Source: Eledone cirrhosa (Eukaryota). Taken from it: DNA of 60,590 nucleotides. The position numbers and the translations under genes were made by a program. Numbering within the stretch: the first letter of the stretch is position 1; each line of letters begins with the position of its first letter. The notes beneath the pieces were generated by a model. That model was given only the letters and a program-made list of their open reading frames with translations. It searched no databases and had not been told where the DNA came from. This document shows, one piece after another, positions 51,666 through 60,590 of this stretch. The DNA lies in contig CAXHJY010000934.1 in assembly GCA_964016885.1 (NCBI GenBank), forward strand, positions 1 through 60,590, given 5' to 3'.

Positions 51666-54487
51666 TAATCGTCGTCGCCCTTGTAACGTACAATCCCTCT
51701 ATAGAATGTCGAAGTGGAGTCTCCGCTGATTGCTGCGCCCGACTGCCAGAGGACTGTGAGCGCCTGAGCGCATTCAATGTGCCCGGCGCCCATCGTTTTC
51801 GGTCTTTTCTTGACCCAGGATTGCAGCTCCGTCAGCGAAACGAGCTGTGGGAAAGCCTGTCTCACAAACGGTTCCCACACCGGTTGGGGTCGGTGAGGAA
51901 TACCTGGAGATGCCGCAGCCTCAGCGCATGTTTGCGCATCATCAGCCACGGCATTCCCAGCCCTCCGTTGAAAGGATGCTGACAGTAGACGGATCTCCTC
52001 ACCAGCGGAGCCTGCTTCTTCCACAGAAACTTGGCGAGGTCTTCACGGGGACAAGGCACGACAGTCAAGCGGTAGTAGATGACGGACGCTATGAAAGTGT
52101 TCGCCACCTCCGCTCGACCTTTTAAGGACAGTTTGCACTCTGCCCACTGGGTGAATGCAAACACCTTGGCCGTGACCTCGTTCTAGTTTTTCTCCACCTG
52201 GAGGTCTGGACCGAACCAGACCCCGAGAAATTTCACCGGTCCGTCTGTCCAGCGTCCAACTACGCTGTCAGACGTCATCGGTTTGCCTCTCCACGTACCC
52301 AGTTGCAAACCGACAGACTTGTCCGGGTTTAGTTTTGCTCCCGTCAGCGTTTCGTATTCTTTCAGTAAGTTGCCGATCACCCCGATTTCCGAGGTGCTCG
52401 ACACCATTACCGTCACGTCGTCGGCATAAGCCGACGCCGCTTTGCGCAGTCCCGGTTCTAGAGGGATGCCCTGCAACAGCTCCAATTTCCGCAGTAGTAG
52501 CTCTAGAGTCAATACATACAGAATGGAGGAGAGAGGGCACCCCTGTCGAATGGAACGCGTGATTGCGAACGGCTCTGATAGGTAGCCGTTCACCTTGACC
52601 CTCGAGCAGATGCTGGTGTGCATCGCCTCGATCCATCCTCTGAACACGGGACCGAAACGGGCCGCCTTGAGAACCGCTTCCAAGTATCGATGGTCGACCC
52701 TATCGAATGCCTTAGACTGATCCAAGTTGATCAGAGCCCCACCGAAGCCGGGTTTACTACCAACCCTCTCTATGATGTATCGCATGAGGTGGAGGTTGTC
52801 GTGTATGGACCTGATCGGGATTGCACACGTTTGCGCTTTCCCTACCAGGTTCTCGACGACAAGCGCCAACCTCGTCGCTAGCACCTTGGCCAAAATCTTT
52901 AACTCTGTGTTGAGCAGAGTTATGGGCCTGAAGTTGTTAATTTCGTCCCCCTTGTTCTCGTCTTTCCTGATCAGCGTTACTACGCCCTTGCCTGCAGAAC
53001 TGGGAATTCTCCCGTTCTTCTGCCAATTGCAGTAGACGGCTTCGAGGACGCCAGAGAACAAGTCCGGCATGCCTATGTAAAACTCTTAGGGTAGACCATC
53101 TAGACCGGGTGACTTGCGTTTCCCGCAGCCGCCCAGAGCGTCCCGTATCTCAGTGTCCGTGATCGGTCTTTCGAAGAACTCGACGTCCGTGTTCGAGAGA
53201 TGCGGCAGGCCGTCGAGGTAGGAATTAAAGTCCATTGCCCCGTTCGGCTCACCGTCGTTCTGCTCAAACAGTCGCGCAAAGTGCCGCTGAAAGGCCGCGC
53301 ACATTTGCTTGGGGTCAAGTAGCACGCGTCCGTTTTGGTCTTTCAAAGACCGAATCGTGGACTTGTTGCCACTTTTTGCCTCCGCCACTCTGGCCCAGCT
53401 GACAGCTTTCGCTCCTTCGTTTCCTAGAGCACGTGTTTTGCTTCTGACCACGCAGACTTCGTGTTTCGCATCGAAGAACTGGTCCAGTGCCGTTCTCGAC
53501 ACTAACATTCTAGCCGCGTTGCCACTTCTAAGTGCCTCCTCTATCTTGGCTACTAGTTCTCTTTCTATTTTGTTTTTCTCTAAGGCTAACTCTCTGCTAT
53601 ACCCTATCGATTCTATTCTAATTGCTTTCTTGAGAGAGTACCACCATCTATTGTTGACGATGGCTCCCATTAACTGTTGCTTGACTAGTCTACTTCTCCG
53701 TTCACTGTCAGCTTTGCGTGCCGGCAACGACACGTTCAGCTTCCAGTATCCGGGTCCCTGTCTATGTATTCTATCACGGTTGACTAAGCAGACGACTAAT
53801 TTGTGATCTGAATAGGCAACTATGTGCATTCGTGGACAGCTTAACATCTCCTTGTCCCTTTCTCTAATGAAGAACCTATCTAAATACGATTTAGATGTCC
53901 CACTGCGGTTTGCCCACGTCCACTGTGGTGCAGTCGGGAAATCCAGTCGATACCTATCGGCCAGTTGGAATTGGCTGATTAAAGTTTTGAGGCTGTTGCA
54001 CCCCGCTCTACTGGGACATGCTCCCACATAGTCCCATCGTACATCTAGGATACCATTCCAGTCCCCCACTAAAAGTAAGGAGCGAGACGTTCCCAGAAAA
54101 GACTCTAGACGCTTAAAGAAGTCTGGCCGTGATTGCGATTGCCCGGTCGGGGCATAAACGGCCACCAGTCTGAAGGCTCCACCTCCAATACTGTTCACGT
54201 CTAGGACTACCAGTCTACCATCCGGGTCCAAGTGTACTTGCTGTACTTCGACGTCCAGGTTCTTCCGAAACATGACAGCCACTCCCCCTCCACCTCCTGG
54301 CTGACAGAGAGATGCGTAGATCTCAAAGTCGTCGAAGATGGGGGTTAGTTGCTGCCTGTTGTGGATCCTGGACTCGGTGATGGCTATCATCCATACTGTG
54401 TGACCTAAGGTCGTTTAAAAGTTGGCCCTGTTTCCAGGGCATCCCTAGGCCACGCACACTCACGGTTCCAACTCGTAAACTAGCCAT
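51666..54487 (-). pseudogene. Tx1 ORF2 (APE and RT), disrupted and 3'-truncated
   Basis: MASLRVGTVSVRGLG, AITES, VYAP, VGDWN, YLDRF, SDH, GYWKLN, PGLDGLP*, DQSKAFD, QGCPLS, YADD; stops, frameshifts and deletions. Confidence 0.9.
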
Positions 54488-54529
54488 GTTGGTGAAGAAA
54501 AGTTGGAGAAAAAGGACGAAAGGTGCACT

Positions 54530-56404
54530 TACCTTTTCGTTTCCTGGAGATCGGGTTGTTCAATCTCCATTTGGGTGCTGGATGGAGTGTTGGGTGGGGT
54601 GGGGAAACATTTTAACAGGACGCGGTTGATGGGTTTGTGGCAAGGGTTGCCCACGTCCTGTTAAAATTTATTTTTTAGGTCATTATAGGTTTCCATAGAA
54701 ACCCTTATAAGTTTAAGGTGTGGAGACGATTCTACCTTGACGAAAGTTTTGCCCTCCGTCTCCACCTTGGGGTTTTGGGAGATGACCTTCATCAAACTCT
54801 TGTTGTTTGTGTTGATGTATGCGTATTGTTGTTTGTGTTTTTGTTGTGTTGTTTTAGTTTGTTGTTCGTCCGGGAGTTTTCTTTTTATGGTGGGTGCTTG
54901 TGTTTGGGGTGGTGTTGGTGCTGGTTTTGCTGATAGGGGGATGTTTGACTGTGGTGTTGTTTGTGTCTGTGGTTGTGTGTTGGTGTTGGTGATTGGAGTT
55001 TTGGGGGTTTTGTGGTGTCTCTTTTTTTGTTTTTTAGATTTCCGCGGTTCTCCCTCTTCTTCACTTAAAGAAGGAGAAGCAGCTTCATCCGTCGAGGAAT
55101 AATCATCGTCAGGTGTGTGGGGTAGGGGTATGTTGTGTGGTGGTGGTGTTTCGGTGTGTGTGTTTGTGGTAGTGTTTGATGGAGTGGGATGGAGTGGGGC
55201 TGTGTTCTTCAGGGGTGTTGTCTCTGGTTTTTCTGTTGTTGTTGGTTGAGTGTCTATTTGTTTTGGTGTGGTTGCTCGTTTCGTCTGTCGTTGTACTTGT
55301 GGTGGTGGTGGTTGTTTTGGTCTTGGTGTTGGTAATAGTGTTTTTTAAATGATGTTGTTATTATGTTTGTGGACAAGACGCTTTTAGGTGTGCTGTGCGA
55401 CCACAGCGAAAGCAATGAAATTTTCGTTCTTCTACCGAAATGTTTATTTTGTTGTTATTATCTATGCCGACTCTTTCGGGTATTTTGGAGATTCTCTCCG
55501 GTTTCATTTACAACAGAATCTCCAAATCTGTACCCGCCCACCTTTGTCGAATAGATTTTCGTATCGAAAGAATCATGTCAGTTTCTGGCTCTACGAAGCC
55601 AGCCAAGATCCACCAGATGTTAATGTTTGGAGGTATGTTTTTTATTTTTATTTTTTGTGTCCTTTTTCCCATGTATGTAGGGAAAAAGGTGTATGCTTTT
55701 GACACCATTGGTGTCACAGAATGTTTTGGGGCAAGTGCCTCGCTTTTAAACAGTACGGAAACACTTCCGTACTGTTTTCCTCGCTGGAGAAAATCGACAT
55801 TTGCTAGAATTTCCTTGAAAGTATCTTCTATATCTGCTTGGCTAACAAATGTCGGCTTTCTTGTGGAATTTGACACAGTCCTAAAGGTGACTGATCTGCG
55901 AATTGTGTCTTCCTTTATTTCAAGGGGTGAGTTAATTCTAAACACACCTCTTTCTTCGAAAGTTACACATTTTCTCCCTTGCTGAAGCATATCACTTGCG
56001 TTGGAGATATCAAGATTTATAAAATCTTGTTTTTTGTTCACTGTTTCATCGAAAGACATTTTCTTTTTTTGTGTGGTGTTGCTGTTGTTGTTATCGTTGT
56101 TAGCCTCGGTGTTGGAAATCTCAGTTCCTTGTCGAGGTGAAACATTATGTGTATATGTATCTGTAGAGTTGTTGATGTCTTTTTCATGTGTATGATGTAT
56201 GTTAATGGGTTTAATTCCTGTGTTTTTCTGTGTGTTATTGTTATTTTTCTCCGCTTCGACGGTAGAAATTTTAAAATCTTCAAGTGGTAATATTTTTTCC
56301 TCTTTGTTGACAGTCGTATCTATGGCGACGTCCATAGTAGCAGAAGCAGATATAACGTTAATATCTGCCTCTTTCTCTCTCTTTTCTCTATTTACGTTCT
56401 CCAT
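54530..56404 (-). pseudogene. Tx1 ORF1 (gag-like: RRM-like region, CCHC knuckle, P/T-rich tail), frameshifted
   Basis: ORF 55508-56404, then in another frame KFHCFRCGRTAHLKASCP (CX2CX4HX4C, ~55370-55420); 3' boundary approximate. Confidence 0.75.
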
Positions 56405-56664
56405 CGTTCTTGTGTTGCTCAAGTTATATAGTTTGTAAAATCTGATATTTTAAAACAATTTTAAAAATAAAATTTTCGCCCGTACAGGGGCGAAAAATGG
56501 GATTACCACCCAGCTGACAATTCAGCTTGGGGGTTAATCTACAAAATGTTATGTTTTTTCAAACAATTAGTTCGTTTTTTTTGCATAGAAATTAACAAAA
56601 AAGCTTACCGGCGATGTTCCACACGTCAGGCAGAAAGATAAATAGATAGATATATAGATAGATT

Positions 56665-56800
56665 TCTTTATTTGCCACAAGGGCGCACAAGAAAAGGGGA
56701 CAATACAAAGACACATGCCGGGGATTTTACATACAATCGTGTAAAAATATTGAAACAAACAATTATAACAATCGAAATCCCCAATAGGGGGGGGGGGGGG
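56665..56800 (-). mobile_element. Tx1 family A 3' UTR fragment
   Basis: Reverse complement of 16395-16523; sits in a (GATA)n-like tract immediately upstream of the 51666-56636 element. Confidence 0.85.
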
Positions 56801-57477
56801 GGCACAAATGGATAGATAGATGGATAGGTAGATAGATACTGAGACATAGAGGGAGATAGAGAGACATTAAGTGAGTTAGAAAGAGAGTGTGATAGAGAGG
56901 CATAGATAGAGAGAAATGATATGAATGTATAGACCAGCAAGAGTACCTTCCACAGTCACTGTGCATTAAAATTCCCCCTTTTCTTCTCCCCATCATTCCG
57001 TGTTTGGAGAAAAAGTCGATTGCGAGCATGTTTGAGGTCAGATTAATTGAAAATACACGATAAACTTTAATTATTACCAATTTTACTTAATGTTGTTAGC
57101 GCTGAACGTACAAACAAACAAACTTCCTTTTTATAAGCATAGATACACACACACATCGTAAAGTCGTATCAGTTACACCAATCGTGCCTTTAAGCAATAT
57201 CTTGACATATCTTGACATAATCAGCCTGCTAAGTTTCATTAAAATGACGACGACGGCGAAGTTGGGGATAATGACAATAACGGTGATGATAGTCAGTCAT
57301 ATACCCAAATAATAGGGGTGGGGGGTTGGAAAATCGGTAATTATTCTAGGTTGCCTCCGTTGATTTGTTTAAAAACCAGAAGTAGTCGTTTAGTTTACAT
57401 ATTGAGACACCCAACACATCCTATTTATTTTATAACGTATGGGATTTCTAGTAATGTACTTTTTATTTACATATATA

Positions 57478-57590
57478 TAATTGTTTCTACTTTTGGCACA
57501 TGGCCAGCAATTACGCCAGTGCATTACTGGTACTTTATTTTGTCGACCCCGTAAGGATGAAAGGCAAAGTTAACCTCGGCGGGATTTGAA
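57478..57590 (-). mobile_element. SINE 3' part (MetaSINE-like core)
   Basis: Reverse complement of the 58530-58640 and 58880-58990 segments. Confidence 0.75.
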
Positions 57591-58504
57591 TGGCTGGATG
57601 TCTTAATTCACTACGTCTCCGGTATGTAGATATCTCGTGTTTACAGAAGTCCTCTCATGTCTCGAATAATCGCACCCCCCTCCTCCACGCTTATTAATTT
57701 TTCAGACATCCCCCGTTCTTATTCCAACCTCACCCCCACCGACTGCTTATTAAATTCTGCTAATCTATCTCCAATTATATTTTATTTTAAGTGGTAGCAT
57801 TCCTGCGACAATTAATTTTCTATATACGACTAATTCTGTTTTTTTTTTTTTTAAATCAACAGAGAGAACCTAGAAAAATTACTAATTTTTCTACCTCCAC
57901 TTATTCCAACCCCGCTATTATTTGGGACCCCAGAATAGCCAATTACATGTGGACAACTTATACTAAACCTAGTGAATAACCCATTGAAAATTCCTGGATA
58001 ATTATCTGTTGTTCGTGCAAGACTACATTAGTACATTTTGGAAATCCAGGTTATGCATGTCAGACATTTTGAAATGCTTGAAGAAGTTTGTGTTTTTTTG
58101 GTTTTTTTTTGTACCCTTCAAGTATTAGCTTACTTCCACATTGCAGGATTCAACAGACCTGCCAACCTCTAAAAATCCAAACAGGGAGTACCATGAAAAA
58201 AGTGCCCCCAAAACGGGGAGAAATGAGACAAAATGGGGAGATTTTACATAATGAAAACTATACATATTATCACAAGAGAAGAGACCTCTCACCCACTCCA
58301 AAGTCGGAGGGAGGGAGAGAGTTGATAGGTCTGGTTCAAGATACCATTCTGATTTCCCCAAACTCCTAGGAATGTCTTTAAGAGTGTCAAGAAACCGACC
58401 GTTCCGGTCACTAGGCTGTAATACCATAACTGCCACTCGCTGCTGCTGCTTAGGCGTTTATCATTGCTTATCATTTTAATATTGCATTACTTTCTACTAC
58501 AGCA

Positions 58505-58650
58505 TAGTTACGTCCCTTTACGATCTGAGTTCAAATCCCGCCGAGGTTGACTTTGCCTTTCATCCTTACGGGGTCGATAAAATAAAGTACCAGTAATGCA
58601 CTGGGTAATTGCTGGCCTTGTGCCAAAAGTAGAAACAATTATTTTCTACT
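58505..58650 (+). mobile_element. SINE (MetaSINE-like core), 5'-truncated
   Basis: gagttcaaatcccgccgaggttgactttgcctttcatccttacggggtcgataaaataaagtaccag. Confidence 0.78.
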
Positions 58651-58651
58651 A

Positions 58652-58793
58652 CAGGTAAAATTCCATTATAACGAATTTTTCAGTATAACGAAATTTTATT
58701 CAATCTCCGGCCACACGCTCAATGTGTTAGGTCGATTTCGTTATAAAGAATTTTTTTATACCCCGTAAATTTCGTTATAACGGAATTTTACTG
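58652..58793. mobile_element. pogo/Tigger-like MITE
   Basis: TIR caggtaaaattccattataacgaa / ttcgttataacggaattttactg; TA on both sides. Confidence 0.75.
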
Positions 58794-58799
58794 TATTGT

Positions 58800-59005
58800 A
58801 GGCGGTGGATTCGCAGTATCGGTAGAGCGTCGGACAACATGCATTGCGTCACTGAGTTACGGCCCTTTACGTTCTGGGTTCAAATCCCGCCGAGGTTAAC
58901 TTTGCCTTTCATCCTTACGGGGGTCAACAAAATAAGGCACCAGTAATACACTGCGATAATTGCTGGCCTTGTGCCAAAAGTAGAAACAATTATTTTCTAC
59001 TATTT
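58800..59005 (+). mobile_element. Full-length tRNA-derived SINE (MetaSINE-like core)
   Basis: ggcggtgga...ggtagagcgtcggac head, gggttcaaatccc box B, conserved core and tail. Confidence 0.8.
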
Positions 59006-59070
59006 TCCGTGTCATTTAAACGTACAAAATGGTGGATTTTGCACCAAAGAATGGCTTCCTCGAGCACTTT

Positions 59071-59262
<192 letters not shown>

Positions 59263-59729
59263 TACTCTTGTAAGAAAATAGTTCGCATGTCTGTGTGTAT
59301 TTCCTATTTCCTGATAGGAATGTGTTATGTTTGTAGGGTTGAAATTAGAATCGGAAGGACGGAGATATTATATAGAATTAATAGTGTTATGGCGGTGTTT
59401 GGTTCAAAGTTGTTCTGACAACGTTTGAAGCGTAGAAACGTAGTAATCGTTTGTGACGGGTTGGTCTAGTGTAAAGCTGGTAGTGATGGTGGTGGTGGTG
59501 GTGGGAGCTCCTATGAACAGTAAGAGAAATCCGGTACTGGAATTTTACTTCCGGTTTGAGACAACAGTAATAGCATGTACGACATGCATACTTTTGACGA
59601 TCTTGATGGACGATCTTGATGATGAAAACTGTTGGTGTTAGTATTGGCATCTGTGGTGGTGGTCTTCGTAGTAGTTGTAGTAGAGGCTTAGTTACAATTT
59701 TGTGTGTTAGTGATCTTGGTGGTAACTAA

Positions 59730-59774
59730 GGTGTTGTTGTTGTTGTTAGTAATAGTAGTAGTAGTAGTAGTGGC

Positions 59775-59825
<51 letters not shown>

Positions 59826-59840
59826 AGTGGTGGTGGTAGT

Positions 59841-59895
<55 letters not shown>
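59730..59895. repeat. (TAG)n/(TGG)n microsatellite
   Basis: Directly visible; flanked by two copies of gtgttagtgatcttggtgg. Confidence 0.95.
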
Positions 59896-60590
59896 AGGCG
59901 AGTGTGGTACATTGGTGTGTTAGTGATCTTGGTGGCAACCAAGGTGGCGGTGGTGTAGACTAGAGTAGATTAGTAGTGTTATAGTAGGGTTTGGTGTTGT
60001 GTTGGTGTGTGGTGAATGTTGTAAATCTTTGTGTTACTGCAGGTGTGGTAGAGTGATTAAGTAGTTGATTTCGCAACCATTGCGACCTGGGTTTGAAGCA
60101 TCTTGGACGAGTGTCTTCTTCCAGTCTTGGGGACAACCCAAGACTATGAAGAAAAAAAAGAAAAAGAAAGAAGGATCAGGCAACGAAAGAAACGGAGAGG
60201 GAGAGGGACAGTACTCTGTTTGAGCGGTGCTTCAGCCGCGCCCCGCGGAGAATGGCCAGAGACACCCTATACAACAGTTCCCCCACCTTACGAGTCTTCC
60301 TCCTCAAGCGGGTCACCGTCTTTCTGACTTTACGGAGGAGATGAGCTCTGCGGGGACCAAGAACGTCTGTGAGTTAAACACCCCAGAGGAAAACTGAGAG
60401 GAAACCCATCGGGTGGATTGTAACGGATAATTTAAAGAGTCAGCTATAATCACAGTCTGTGTTGTGTCGATTCTGAGTGAGGATTACATTAAGGGCACAC
60501 GCATCACAAAACATTCTATCCGACATTCTAACGACTCTGCCATTTCGCCGCCTTACATATGTTTATCCTGCATTTTTATTGTTGTTGTTT

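Larger units (their letters stand above)
51666..56636 (-). mobile_element. Tx1/L1-clade LINE, family A, with 5' UTR, ORF1 and ORF2; 3' end missing
   Basis: ORF2 nearly identical to 14234-15685; ORF1 upstream; 5' end ctttctgcctgacgtgtgg...ggtaag next to a TATC tract. Confidence 0.9.

Noticed and set aside
58180-58440. Possible R4/Dong remnant (PKSEGGRELI)
   Set aside because: Only one short, degenerate motif; cannot be supported without a profile search

Overview
Repeat-saturated, AT-rich eukaryotic non-coding window with no recognisable host gene. The SINE, LINE and microsatellite content suggests an octopod cephalopod (inference). Most ORFs in the supplied track are microsatellite artefacts. 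Contents: (TA)n, (TATG)n, (CA)n and (TAG)n arrays; tRNA-derived SINEs; MITEs; Helitron and Tc1/mariner fragments; and many non-LTR retroelements. These include an RTE LINE with an uninterrupted APE-RT-zinc-finger ORF (21453-24998), four Tx1/L1-clade copies sitting in (TATC/TATT)n tracts (one with a 41-bp target duplication), a decayed R4/Dong-like RLE element in (TACA)n, and CRE and RTE fragments. The main structure is a Penelope-like (PLE) system. It consists of a 10.4-kb inverted repeat (38451-48859) built from a Neptune-type RT/GIY-YIG element with a 3.4-kb microsatellite-rich 3' region ending in a hammerhead ribozyme, plus about nine small ORF-less insertions. Each small insertion lies in a (TA)n tract and shares the design of inverted copy, hammerhead (intact, variant, partial or in one case unrecognisable) and a one-sided tail with a GAGTRCT-like motif. 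All folds and boundaries were read by eye.
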